Shown here in pieces: positions 12,780 through 27,224 of a stretch of 64,000 bases of DNA (positions are counted from its first letter, which is position 1; each line of letters begins with the position of its first letter). Made by a program: the position numbers and the translations under genes. A model generated the notes under the pieces. It was given only the letters and a program-made list of their open reading frames with translations. It did no database searches and was not told where the DNA came from. This DNA comes from Lama glama (taxonomy: Eukaryota): contig CM052816.1 in assembly GCA_028534125.1 (NCBI GenBank), positions 71,736,001-71,800,000 of the forward strand. Reading direction: 5' to 3'.

Positions 12780-13151
12780 TGTTATGGACTGAAGGAACGT
12801 TCATGCCCCCCCCCAATTCCTCTGTTGAAACTCTAGCCCATGATGTAATGGTACGAGGAGGCAGGACCTTTGGGAGGTCATTAGAATTAGATGAGGTGAG
12901 TCCTCATGTGTGAGATTGGTGTCCTTATAAGAGCCACAAGAGAGCTTGCTTCTTTTCTCTGGGCTCTGCCTAGTGAGGATACAAGAAGTCAGCAGTCTGC
13001 AGCCCGGAAGAGGGTCTGCATCAGAACTTGACTGTGCTGACACCCTGATCTGGGACTTCCCGCATCTAGAACTGTGAGAAATAAGTTTCAGGTGTTTCCA
13101 AGTCACCTAGTGTGTGGCAATTTGTTACAGCAGCCCCAAGTGACTAAGACA
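12780..13151 (+). mobile_element. MLT1A/MLT1A0 MaLR solo LTR, full length
   Basis: TG...CA termini (tgttatggactgaa ... gactaagaca), 372 bp, perfect 5-bp TSD GTGAC at 12775-12779 and 13152-13156; internal 'tgtccttataagag' and 'ctagaactgtgagaaataa'. Confidence 0.95.
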
Positions 13152-13625
13152 GTGACCCACTGATAAACATATACTTAGATGAGTAGAAGGGTGTGGAAAT
13201 CAAGAAGGTCAGAGCCAGAGATTACTGTTCAAAAACTTTTCTCACTTCGTATTATGATTTACACTAGCCTTGAGCATGGTTGTCTCTGCAACAGAGACCT
13301 GCGATTTTACTTATGTCATCCTTGTTTGGCTTAGCATCTTTCTCACAGGCTGGGGATTCTTCTTGGATACATGGATCACGAGCCTAATGTGAAAAACAGT
13401 ATGAGGGGAAGAGTTCAGTGATAGTTCTTCCTATTAATTTAAAGGGGTTTCAACTTATTGCATATAAAAGTTGTCATCCAAAGAAAATAGTATCTGTTGA
13501 TTGAATTAACGAATAAATGTATAAGAAACGGATTTTGAGCACCATACATATTTCCTCTGTGGAAATGAACCAGCCAAATACGTATGCTCTGTATAAACTT
13601 TGATGTGCTTTTTAAAAAATATATA

Positions 13626-16600
13626 TTTATTTTTTAAAGCAGTATTAGGTTCACAGGAAGGTTGAGTGGAAAGTATAGAGAGTTTCCAGACACCTTCTGT
13701 CCCCACACATACACAACTGTCCCACTATCGATATTCTGCACCACAGTGGTACATTTGTGACAATCGATGAACCTACAGATTCCACAGTTTGCATTAAGGT
13801 TCACTCTTGGTGTACATTCTGTGAGTTTGGACAAATGTATAATGATATGGACTTGTCATTGTCACATCATACAGAATAGTTTCACTGCCTTAAAACCCTC
13901 CATGCTATGCCTGTTCATCCCTCCATACATGCCCCCCACCAAACCCTGGCAACTACTGTTCTTTTTACTGTCCTCATAGTTTTACCTTTTCCAGAATGCT
14001 ACATAGTTGGAATCATACAGTATGTATCTTTTCACTTGGTAATTTGCATTTAAATTTCCTCCAGTATTTTCATGACTTGATTGATTATTTCTGTTTAGTG
14101 CTAAAAAACATTCCATTTTCTGGATGTACTACAGACTGTCCATTTACCTATTTATATCTTAGTTGCTTCCAAGTTTTGGCAATTATGAATAAAGCTTTTA
14201 TAAACATCATTGTGCAGCTTTTTCTGTGGACATAAGTTTTTAATTCACTAGGATAAATACCAAAGACCACAACTGCTGGGTGGTATGGTGAGAGTATGTT
14301 AATTTTATAAGAAACTGCCAAACTGTCTTCTACAGTGTCTGTACCATTTTGAATTCCCATTCCATTGATCTCTTTGCTTGTTCTTTTGTCATGATTACTG
14401 TCCTGAGTACTTGATGCACTGCTCTATAGTAATTCTTATTCAAGTTATTATTTTTGAAGATGGGTAGTGTCAGTCCTCTGATTTTGTTCATCTTCCATGT
14501 TGAGTTGGCTATTCTGGGTCTTTTGCCTCTTCATAATAACTTTAGAATAAGTTTGTTGATAGCCACAAAATAACTTGCTGGGATTTTTATTGAGATTGCA
14601 TTGACTATTTTAGATCAAGTTGGGAAGAACTGACAGCTTGACAATATTGAGTCTTCCTGTACATGAATGCTATTGAACCAGCTTTGCATATCTAGGGTAA
14701 GTCAAACTTGGTTCTGGACTTGGTTTTGGTGTATAATTCTTTTTATACATTCAATTCAATTTGCTAAAATTTTGTTTAGTATTTTTGCAGATATGTTCAT
14801 GAGAGATATTGTTCTATAGTTTTCTTTTCTTGTAATATCTTTCCCTGGTTATGGCATTAGAATAATTCTGGCCTTATGGAATGAATTAGGAAGTATTCTC
14901 TCTGCTTTTAATTCTGGAAGAGATTGTAGAGAATTGGTATATTTTTTCTTACATGTTTGGTAAAATTCACCAGTAAACCCATTTGGGCCTGGTGCTCACA
15001 TCTTTGGAAGGAGTCAGATTAATTATTGACTCGAATTCATTGATAAATATAGTACTATTTTGGTTGTCTATTTCTTCTTGTATGAGTTTTGGCAGATTGT
15101 GTCTTTCAAGGATTTGGTCTATTTCATCTAGGTTATCAAATTTGTGGGCATAGATTTATTCACTGTATTCCTTTATTATTGTTTTAAAGTCCATGAGATC
15201 CATAGTGATGGCCTCTCTTTCATTTCTGATATTAGTAATTTTTGTCTTCTCTCTCTCTCTTAGTTAACCTGAATAGAGGCTTGTCAATTTTATTGATCTT
15301 TTCAAAGAACCAGCTTTTGGTTTTATTGACTTTATTGATACTCTGCTTTCAAATTCATTGATTTCTGTTCTAATTTTTATTATTTATTTTGTCTGCTTAC
15401 TTTGGATTTAATTTGCTTTTCTTTTTCTAGTTTCCTAAGGTAGGAACTTAGATTATTGATTTTAGATCTCTTTCTTCATTTCTTATATGTACATTCACTG
15501 CTATAAATTGCTCTCTAACACTGCTTTTCTGCATTCCACTAATTTTAAGAAATTGTATTTTCATTTTCACTTACTTAAAAATATTTAAAATTTCTCTTGG
15601 AATTTCTTTTCTGGCCCATGTATTACTTATAAGTGTATTGTTTAATCTCCAGGTATTTGAAGAACCTTCCTGTTATTGATGTCTAGTTTAATTCCATTGT
15701 GATTTGAGAGCAAACGTTGTATGTCCTATTTTGTTTTTAATTTGTTAAGGTGTGTTTTATGGCCAAGAATAATGTCTATCTTGGTAAATGCTCCATGTGG
15801 GCTTGAGAAGAATGTGTACTCTGTTATTGCTGGATAAAATAGTTTATAGATGCCAGTTACAGTTGATCAATGGTGCTTCTAAGTTCAGCTGTGTCCTTAC
15901 TGACGTCCTGCCTGTTGGATCTGCCAGTTTCTGAAAGAGGAGTCTTAAAGTCCCCAGCTATATTAGTGGATTCATGTATTTCTCTTTGCACTTCTATTAG
16001 ATTTGCCTTGTGTATTTTGACACTGTTGTTAGACGCATACACATTAAGAACTGTTGTATTATCTTAGAGTATTGACCCCTTTATCATTACGTGAAGTCCT
16101 TCTTTATCCCTGATAATTTTCTTACTCTGAAGTCTGTTCTGTATGAAACTGATATGCCGACATTTTTTTATTAGTGTTAGCATGGTGTAACTTTTTATTA
16201 CTTTATGTTGAATCTCTAAGTGTGTTTGTATTTAAAGTGGGTTTCTTGTAGACAGTGTTTAGTTAGGTCTTGTTTTTTGGTCCATTCTGACAATCTCTGT
16301 CTTTTCATTGGCCTATTTAGACCATTGGCATTTAAAGTTATTATTAATATAGTTGCATTAATATATACCATATTTGTTACTGTTTTCTTCTTATTATCCT
16401 TGTGTGTTGTTCCTATTTTTGTCTGCCACAACTTTTCTGTTTAATTGAGAATTTTATAGGATTCCGTTTTCTTTTCTTTCTTAGCATATCAATTGTACTT
16501 TTTTTTGCTTTTTTATTGATTGCCCCAGTGTTTACAATATTAATTCACAACTAATTCAAGTACACTGTCAAATAACATTATACTGCTTCATGAATAGTGA

Positions 16601-17497
16601 AAGTCCCTTATAACAAAATATTCCTAATTCCTCCCCCCATCCCTTGTATCATGGCTGTCATTCAATCCACCTGTATATAAGGACACATCATCGTATATAC
16701 ATATATATGTATACTCTCATTCACTCATGCTATTATTTTGAACCAATTGTTATCTAATATATCAGTAAGAATAAGAAAAATAAGTTTTTTGTTTTGCCTT
16801 CATTTATTTCTTCCTTGATGCCCTTCCTTTCTTTCTGTTGACCAGACTTTCTGATTCACATCATTTTCCTACTCTGTAAAGAATATCTTTTAAGATTTCT
16901 TATGGGGCAGATCTCCTGGCAACAAATTCCCTCAATTTTTGTTTTATTGATTAAGTTTTTATTTCTCCTTCACTTTTGAATAATAATTTCACAGGGTGTA
17001 GAATTCTAGTTTGGGGAATTGTCATTCTCAGCACTTTGTAAACATTTCACAGAGCTGGAATTGGGTAATTCCCTTCCTCTAGTTAGGTTAGGCTCTGAAA
17101 GAAACCCTAATAGTTAACCCTTTGGTAAAACAGTTTCTCCTGAGGGCAGACCGCCTTAACAAGAACAGAACACCCTGGTGTATTTCAGAGTAATTTCTTT
17201 TCCTCTCCACCAGCTGGAAGCGGAAGACTTCTCTCAGATGTCCAGCAGTTCAGTTCAGGTTTTCCTACCCTGACACGAGTTCCTTCAGACATTTCTGTTT
17301 CTGCATTTCTGCTCTAGTGAGTTGTGAATCTCTGTCTTCTCCTCTCTCTTTCTCCAATTTAGGGGTCAGCAGTTTGCCTTGTGACATTACTTCTTGGCTA
17401 GGTACAAAAAGAGTTGATTTTTCAGTTTGTTCAGTTCCTTACTTGTTAAAATGGAGTTGTGACTTCTAACTCATTACATGCCAGACCAGAAACCCTG
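13626..17497 (-). mobile_element. Old L1 (L1MC1-like) retaining both termini, with large internal deletions
   Basis: L1MC-type 3' UTR at 13626-14100; ORF2 endonuclease remnants in the ORF track (ITLNANGLNRPMKRQRLSEW..LQETHF at 16216-16431; YASN..AGDFKTPLSETGRS at 15857-16042); L1MC-like 5' UTR at ~17050-17497. Confidence 0.9.
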
Positions 17498-18271
17498 CAC
17501 TTTCTTTTCAGATAAATAAAATACAAGCTAACATTGACTTGTTTGCTTTTCCCTCACATTGAACAGTATTTCACTAAGTGAGCAGAGTAAGTAAAGCTAC
17601 ATATCTGAGTAAAATTATAACAATGGGAAATCTGTGCCATATAGCATAGCATAATATAATCATGTTTCTACTTGGAAAAGGATTAATCACTAATCACAGT
17701 ACAATTTTTAATTAAAAAGAAAGTGGAAACTAGATGAAAAAAATTAGAGATGTTCGGTAAGCTAGTGATCAAAGCCAAACATTAAATTAAAATGTTTTCT
17801 ATTAAAATATGAATCTGCTTATGCAGATTATCCCACTGAATTATTCCACCATCTGCAGAATTTGTGCCTTTAAGTTTGACTCATTTATTACAAGTAGCTT
17901 ATCAGCAGTGGCACCCACTATTAACATAAATAAGAGAGTCTTAGATGACCATAGGAAAAGACAATTGGGAAGTGGTACCCTGTTAGAAAAATTAAAGAAA
18001 CCAGCACTATGTTTTCATGCCATGTGTTACAGTATCAATGGGACTGTGCCTTTAAGAAATTCAGCTGTATTCCAAAAAGAAAAACAACTGTTAATTGTAT
18101 CATAGAGAATGTTCAAACTTGAAGATGCTCTTTGTTGATCTAGTTATAATTTTAATGCAGAATATGCATAAAGATGGAAGCCTGTCTAATGAATAATCTG
18201 TACTACTATCTGTGGTCAGATATACTTATTGAGAAAATTTTTAAATCACATTTTAATTGAAAACATGCTAC

Positions 18272-19255
<984 letters not shown>

Positions 19256-20994
19256 TTAATTCCAAATATATGGTTGTTAAACTCAAATTAGTGTCCCTTT
19301 GATTCCTGAACTCTCCAGGATAATGGTGAAGAAGAGCATGTGTCTGCTAACCAGAGGCTAGAAAATTTGGATAATCAGGATGGTCTGGACTGCAGCTCAT
19401 ATATGGTCAGATCAGACACAGTACCACACACAGAAAGGGGTTTGTAAGCAGACTGTGTCAGCAATTCTATTCTTGGATGCAAAGGATTATAAGCCTAGCA
19501 GAAAGTAAATAGTGTTGCTTACAGTTACTGAAGGCTGGACAAAGGCTGCAGACAAAGTGGGCAAAGAGCTAAATTAACTCCTCAGTTCAAAACAAGAGAG
19601 TTCTATATGTTGAAGGATAAAAGAGGATTTTAGAACTCTATCCTTGAGCTTTTCCAGAAATCCAGAACCACAGTATGTTTGTCCACACCTTGCCAATGTA
19701 CACATCTGTGCTTGCTAACATAGACAGCGTTAGGCGACATACACATAGAAAATACAATGCACCTTTAATTGTAAGGTAGACTCCAAATGTATGAAGACTT
19801 GCAAGTTTCACAAGCAGTGCATAGGAAAACTAACTTTTTCCCTTCTCTGATTTAGATTGTAAAACATGACTTTAATATTTAAATAGTGGCTATTCCAATT
19901 GTAATAATGAAATAGTACTGTTTCATCAGTCTCTAACTTTCCAGACATATCAAATGGCAATTTTATCACCTAATTTTTGAACATCCTGGAGTTCTTAAGA
20001 ACCAACTGGAAGAACATTACTTGAGTCTGGGTGAGGAAGTCTCTAATTTTCAGAATTCAGTGACCCAAACAGGTTGTGGGAACGTTGTTTTATTAGCTTA
20101 AGACCTCAGAGATATGTTACTGTGAGAACATGATTTTGAAGAATCTTAAATTTACAAAACTTTTCAGTGAATTTCACCATATGAAAAATTGCACATTTAC
20201 ATGCATGTGAAACATAATACTTGAGAATACTATTCTATCTGTAAATAGTCCATTAAATCTCTCACATCAGAATTGCTGTTATCAACTATGACATATATTT
20301 GCTCTTTTTGGCAACTGATGCACTGGAGTAAATTACATAGCGATTTTACTATGTAAATTACTATGTAATTTCCTATGTAAATGAAAAGTGTTAATAGTCT
20401 CCCTGGTAAACTGATTATAAACACCTCAAAGGTGTTTATTTGTCTATGTGCATTGATATTAAAGTGTGCCAATCTTCTAAAAAATATCTTCTTATAATGA
20501 ATATTTTTTTAATTTGTAAAAAAATTAGTTTCTTGAGCCGATCATCAATTGGACAGGAAAGTGCTGAAAGAAAACAAAAAATTAAATTTACCTGGAAAAA
20601 CAAATGAAGTATAAATGGATTCCTGGAAGTGCCTCAATAATCTAATGGAGGCAGCAAATGAAATATGTTTTAGTTTTCCAGTTGGGACTGGATTTTAAGT
20701 TCCTAATCAAAGTGAATCTTCAAAGATTAAACAAAATAAATATTTTTAGTGATACTATGTACTGAAAGGTTTTAGCTGGATAGAGTGACAACACTGATAC
20801 TAAAGCAGACACGGCTTTCTAAACGTAGCCTAGAATCCCACTCCCTTCTAGCACCGTTATTCCTACAGATACGGGGGTGAGTTTGGGACAACAACTTGAA
20901 AGAGAAAATACTGAACTTCTTGAATTTTGTGATCATTTCTTACTTTCTCTTCGTATCTAAAATGCTTAGCTGTAAGAAACTGACATCTTACATA

Positions 20995-21120
20995 CACTTT
21001 ATTCACTCATTCAGCAAATGTTTGTTGCATGGGCATGTGTTTTACTTACTGGGATCAAGTCAGTGAAAAGAGCAAAGGGAAATCCCTACCTGCCTCATGG
21101 ATTTTATATTCTCATTTGAA
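20995..21120 (-). mobile_element. L2 3' end relic
   Basis: 'attcactcattcagcaaatgtttgttg...ctgcctcatggattttatattc'. Confidence 0.55.
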
Positions 21121-22734
21121 GTATTATTGTATTCAGTATCTTTTGAATGAATATTTGTTGAATGAATAATGAAGGAACAGCCTTTTGGGAAAACTAGAAA
21201 AAAAGCATTTTGAAATTCTGTAATTATGATCATTTTCCCATTGTCACCATAAGGAAATTGTGAAGTGTTGGTAGAGCATACAAGTTACTTTGGTTGAATA
21301 GTATTTTGAAGAAATGTAGCCGCCTCACCATTTGCATTTAAGTTAAAAGCCATGTTTCAAAAATTCTGCCTCATACATGAAAAATCATTAAATCATGTTT
21401 TAATATTATATCTTCTTTCTTTGGAAAATGTTTAAGTGAAATAAGAATCTGTATCTGTTGCTCCTAGATTCAGATCTAATAACAGATCTCTAGACTCTGA
21501 AAGTAAATTTATATTTATTGGAGGAGACAGCTTAGAATAGTGGGAGGGCAGGTAAAAGAGAGTGTTGCTTGTCTACTGGCACCGAGTGGTAGTCTCAGGA
21601 CGGAAGGTCTTAAATCTCTCACTCACAGTGTTACAGACTGATGGACATAGCCCATCCATAATATCTAAAGACTAGCTGAGAAGTAAAGGGATGATGTCAC
21701 TCTCAAAATTTCTCAAGATGAAAATTTTGAAAGACAGGAAGGTAATTTTGAGAAAAGTAAGGATACTCTGGATATAAAAATGTTTTGCTTTGCTTTTTTT
21801 TTTTTTTCAGATGGGAACATGTTACAATAATGCCCAACCCTTTCTTCCATCCCTCTCCTGACATAGAAGCAAACACACACTAAAGAAAGGATTAGCCTAT
21901 GAATTTTAAAGAGACCCTCTTTAGAGCTATTCTGTACTGGGGAAATTTGGCTCAGTTTCATAGCACATCAATTATTTCTTTTGAAATTGGCTCTTATATT
22001 GAAAAAATAAACTTTCTAGTTTTCTTGTTAGTATAAATACATCTTTTTCTTTCCAAGAAATAATGTCTTAATCACCAATCATTGTAAAATTTTGAATTAT
22101 TATATACTTCCAGCCCTTTGCTCTGAGAAATATATGTATATACACATATAGATAGATAGATTCACATACATTATACATATAATTTTTTAAAAGAATCATT
22201 TTCCTACCCATCCCTTTTAGGGATGAATTTGTATGTTATATATAGGCAGTGTTTATTCTATTTACCAAATACGGGTTTATGTGTTAAGATATTTGCATCT
22301 ACATATTATAACTTAAATACAATTACATTTTAATAAAAAAAACCTTTACTTTTCTTCTTAGAATAACTGAAATGAGGAATCTTAAATGATTTCAAATTTA
22401 GAGATGAAGGAATAGGTCCCATTTAAAATTGTTGTTTTACTTGAAACATATTATTACCCTCATTGGTAGTAATGGCTAGGTCATAATGACTTTGAACTTT
22501 TAAAAAAAGACTATCATACAATAATGGATCTTATATTCCTGATTTGATAATGTAAAATCTTAAATCCTTAAACACTTGAAGAGTATTTTCACATTATACC
22601 AAAATGAAGTAAACTGTTTTTCAGTTTCAGTATGATCAGAAATATAATGATAAATTTCAGAGCATTAAACAAATAAGATAGGTACTTTGGCTTTAGCTAT
22701 TGGAAATATTTAACTTTTATACTTATAGGGGGAA

Positions 22735-22910
22735 GCTTGGAGCTTGGTACAGAACTGATTTGAGTCTCCTAAATATTGCCAACTACCTCTGAGATTCAGG
22801 TTGTTCATTTATGAAATAGGATATATTTTACTTATCTCTTAGTGCTATTGTGACGATTAAAAGGAAAATATATGGAAAAAAACAACAGGTAATTTATAAG
22901 TGCTATGAAG
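22735..22910 (+). mobile_element. MIR relic
   Basis: 'acctctgagattcaggttgttcatttatgaaataggat...ttgtgacgattaaa'. Confidence 0.55.
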
Positions 22911-23537
22911 TATGAAATAATATCATGATAGTTTTCAGTCACCTGTAAGTCTGAGTGGCCTTTGGAGATTTTAGAAAACACAACATAGCAGTTCCCTAAG
23001 CATTGCATTTCTGATTCAATGTGTCTGGAAATGAAGCCATCTATAATTTAAAGACTCTACAGAGGATTCCAACACCCAACAAGAGCTTCTGTATTATTGT
23101 TGTTGTCATTATTATTATTATTATTAGTTGAGATATTCTACTATTATACCTTCCTGAATCTTTTTTTTTAAACTCCATCATAGGCAGAGAAACATCAGAG
23201 TCCAGGATTCCCTAAAACACTTGTTCTGCAGACCACCCTTAGTGCTCTTAAGGGGAGAAATTGCAAAGTAAACCCAATACAGAGATTCTACTGCAAGGAA
23301 CAAGAAAGAAATCTACTCTGTCGCTGACACCTGGAAATAACTGCCCCAGAAAGGGCATAAGAATTCTTAAGATTTTTTTCTTGTAATGTTACAGAGTGAA
23401 ATTCCATTTCAGACCAAAAGTAATTTAATAATAAAGAACACAGATGTTCAATATGGAGATAAGAAAGGGTATGAAAGTTTTTGCCTGGATCCGCTCAACT
23501 TCTTACAAGTCAATTGATTCACTTTAATAAATTATCC

Positions 23538-23599
23538 CTTTTCAATTAGAACTAATCAAAATGGAACACTTTTCAATTGGAACTAATCGAAATTGAACA
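23538..23599. repeat. 31-bp tandem duplication (2 copies)
   Basis: cttttcaattagaactaatcaaaatggaaca / cttttcaattggaactaatcgaaattgaaca. Confidence 0.9.
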
Positions 23600-23699
23600 C
23601 TCAAGTGTTCAAAATTTCAAGCAAATCATAACATCAACTTTGCTTCAGATGTTGTCAGTTAAAGTTTTTTTGGGGAATGGAGTAGGGGGTTATAGTGTA

Positions 23700-24200
23700 T
23701 AAGTATTTTCCATGCTAAATAAGAAAGTTAAATGAGACACAACCCCATTATCAAGAAACAGAGTCTTTTGGGGGAGGTGACAAATAAACAGATCGCTGTA
23801 AGTTACTGTCATAAGTGCTATAAGCTAGAAAAGCATCTCATGTTATTGTGGGACATAAAAATGCCTGCTAATTTTTGTTAATGTTGAGATGATCAGAACA
23901 AACTCCTAAGGGGAGGTGGTTCTGAAACTTTATTCTTAAATGACAGAGGTGTCCAGATGAAAGGAGTAGAGAGAAAACAAAAGCAGTCCAACAAGGGAGA
24001 GTTTAATTGTAAAGTCATGGAGGAAGAAGAAAGAGAAAGACCTTGGTGATCTGAGGGATGGAAAGAATTTTAATATAACTTGAGTATAATGTGCAAAGGG
24101 AAAGATGTAGGGCAAGATTGAGAAGTGCCTCATACATCAGGCTAAAGAACTTGGGCTTGTTCCTGGAAGCTGCAATAATTCATTGAATGATTTAAAGATG
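23700..24200 (-). mobile_element. L2 relic
   Basis: 'catgctaaat...atgagacacaaccccattatcaaga...gacaaataaacagat...caggctaaagaacttgggcttgttcctg'. Confidence 0.55.
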
Positions 24201-25172
24201 TGTGTTTTATTTATGCTGAAAAGAAACACATCCATTAATTGAGTTTTTTCATCATTAATCATGCTGAGGGAAGTTGCTGAATTTAATAAAAGTTGTTTAA
24301 TGTCAGGGAAAGAGTGCTACTTTGGGGAAAAAAAGACCATGGATTGTATGACTTTCTTATATAACATTGTCATTTTGCAGTTGACATATATTGGAGCACT
24401 CCTACTCCCCGCTGCACACATAACCACAATTAATGCAAGTAGGTCATCACCAGGTCTTATACTCTTTCCTTTAACTATCTTTCCAAAATGCAAACAGATC
24501 TCCTAGTTGCTAAATTTAGAGTTTAGATAAATTGTTCTTTCTCCATTGAAACAATTGCAATACTATATAAATTTATTATTCCCTAGCTTAGCCAAACCAA
24601 ACCAAAACAAAACAAACAAACAAAAAAAACCACTTTGGGATAAAAAAAAATAAACTAGATATCAACTGATTTCTTTGATTCTATTGCAAGGAAACTCAAT
24701 AGGTAATTGAACTTTGAGTTTAAAAATTAATAAATGCCTTAATTAATGTGTTCCCAAAAATGATTGGGTGAAAATTATGGTTGGTAATATTCATATTCAA
24801 TTTGTATGTTTAAATGTTCCTAATAATTTTATTCATATCAAAATTTAGTTTTGCATCCTTTAGAGTATAAGAATATACCTTCTTATAATTCATATAAAAG
24901 TCTCTTATACTTGCCTCACCTTCATGTTAATGTGACTAAAATACATAGGTGATATGTCTGTAGGGCAAAAATTGGACAATTAACATTACATTATGTAATA
25001 TTTATTAATATTTCAGAACAATATAGACTTGTAAGGCATGCCTGTCACACTTTTCCTAAAAGGATTGTTTTGCATATCCTAGATAACAAAAAACAACCAG
25101 AGTTAGAACTTGAGAAGACAGCGTAGGGAAAAAAAAAGTGGGTCACTGTGATAAAGAGCAGACATTAGAAGG

Positions 25173-25525
25173 TAGTATTTTCAAATCTCAAACTCCCAAA
25201 TTTATCCCTTCTCACCCATTCCCCCCTGTAACCATAAGATTGTTTACTATGTCTGCAAGTCTGTTTCTGTTTTGTAGATGAGTTCATTAGTGTTCTTTTT
25301 TCTTTTTTTTAGATTCCACATATGAGTGATAACATATGGTATTTTTCTTTCTTTCTGACTTACTTCATTTAGAATGACCATCTCTAGGTCCATCCATGTT
25401 GCTGCAAATGGCATTATTTTATTCTTTTTATGGCTGAGTAGTATTCTATTATATACATATACCACAACTTCTTTATCCAATGATCTGCTAATGGACATTT
25501 AGGTTGCTTCCATGTCTTGGCTACT
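25173..25525 (-). mobile_element. Young L1 fragment (ORF2 C-terminus plus part of the 3' UTR), lacking the 3' terminus
   Basis: ORF track shows KNKIMPFAATWMDLEMVILNEVSQKE and AKTWKQPKCPLADHWIKKLWYMY (L1 ORF2 C-terminus). No poly(T) end or clear TSD. Confidence 0.9.
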
Positions 25526-25667
25526 CTTAAATGTGGAAGAATGACAAAGAATAAACTAAGCTGAAAAGGAACAAAAAAACTATAGGAGAACATGAAGAAA
25601 TTAAAGTATATAAAAAGTATAAATTGTTGAATTTGAAAACAGATTAAAATAAAGTACATGGATAAAT

Positions 25668-25723
25668 AAATCCTCCTTAATTTCTGTTTTCTGGAAAATC
25701 CTCCCTAATTTCTATTTCCTGGA
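25668..25723. repeat. 28-bp tandem duplication (2 copies)
   Basis: aaatcctccttaatttctgttttctgga / aaatcctccctaatttctatttcctgga. Confidence 0.85.
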
Positions 25724-26059
25724 AAATAATAAAAAAAACACATTTGTGTATGGGAAATGAGATATAATTACACTCAAATTTATGAACAAAACTATCCTAA
25801 TTATTTAAAAACTTAAGGACAAGAAAAGTTCAAACTATCAAATTGTTTTAAGAAGGGACAGATAATCTGAGTAGGTTAAAACCCACTCAAAAATGAATAA
25901 ACTTTTAGAAAAGATCTCTTCCTACCCTAAATTATTATATTATGATTTTGAAGGCAAGTTCTTATAAATCTTACACTGAGACATTTTAATAGATTGCAAT
26001 ATCATTTAACATTTTTAGTTTATTTTAATGATGCTTCCTTTATGTTGATACCAAAGTCT

Positions 26060-26745
26060 ACCATCAAATATGCTCCATCTTTATCATTCCTTGTTCTGAT
26101 AAGTTACATTTTCAGAATCCCACTGGCCATGCCTAAAGGATAACCAATTGTAAGTCCTAAAGATCCTACTTTCTAAACACCTCTAGAACTAGTCTACCTC
26201 TCTCCATCTTTATTGTCCCCATTGCCATCGTCTATTCGGGCCTATAGTTTGTGACTTATGTCATTATGTATCTTTCTGGTCACTTCCCATCCATTCTCTT
26301 TGCTGTAACTTGGAAATTCTTTTTAAAACCTAGATATAATACCGCTTCCATTCTTAATGCTTATCAGTGATTTCTCATTTGTCATTTGGATAGAGTCTAA
26401 TGTCAAGCTCCTTTTCAAAACTTGTAAGGTGCTTCATGGTCTGACTCCTATGTACATTTTTCAGTAGGGATTAACAGTCTATTCTGATACACAGAGTTCT
26501 GTGAACTTGAATCCCTAGCATCTGGAACACTCCCTGAACATACTCAATGTTAGCAGTCAATCCTGGAAAGCTATAGTGGGACATCATCCAGAGAAGGAAA
26601 CCTGAACATCTAAAAACTTCATTATGTTTAAAGATGGGTCAAAACCCCATCCCTCTTTACTCTGATACTGTCATTCATCCCCACAGTTAGCAGAATGCTT
26701 TGTATGTAGTGGACCATGAATAAATGTATAATGAATGAGTAAATG
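26060..26745 (+). mobile_element. L2 relic(s)
   Basis: 'tctacctctctccatctttattg...tccattctctttgctg...gtaaggtgcttcatggtctgactcct' and terminal 'tgtatgtagtggaccatgaataaatgtataatgaatga'. Confidence 0.55.
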
Positions 26746-27224
26746 CATATGGTAAGTTAAAAGCTTCATGGAAGCCTGGAGCCTTTATAGAGTTCATTCC
26801 ACTGAGCTCAAGGACAGATACTCTTCAGAAAAATCACAGAACCATAGCCTAGTAGATCAATCAGTGCTAGAAAAGTATTGCGTTCTATCCATTTTCTTAA
26901 TTGCATATAATAGAAGATATGTTAGCATATCTGTGAAATAGTACAATCTAAAAATCATATAGGCTATGGTAGTAAAGAGTAGCTCACGGAAGAGAACGTG
27001 CAGGATAATTTTGTGATCCTACGCAGCAAAATTCTGCATCCTAATTTTGGGAAGTCTTCATTTTGAGTGAAAAACTTTACAAAAGAATTAGTATAAAGAG
27101 GTATGAATGTCCGTATCTCAGAAAAGATTGTAAATAGTTGCAATAGATTTCCCCTTATGGTCTGTTTTCAACTTAAAGTTATTAATCAAATGTGATAATT
27201 CCCATATGGTGTGTCTTTTGGGGG

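Noticed and set aside
15857..16431. ORFs with endonuclease-like motifs
   Set aside because: They are broken L1 ORF2 remnants, not an independent gene.
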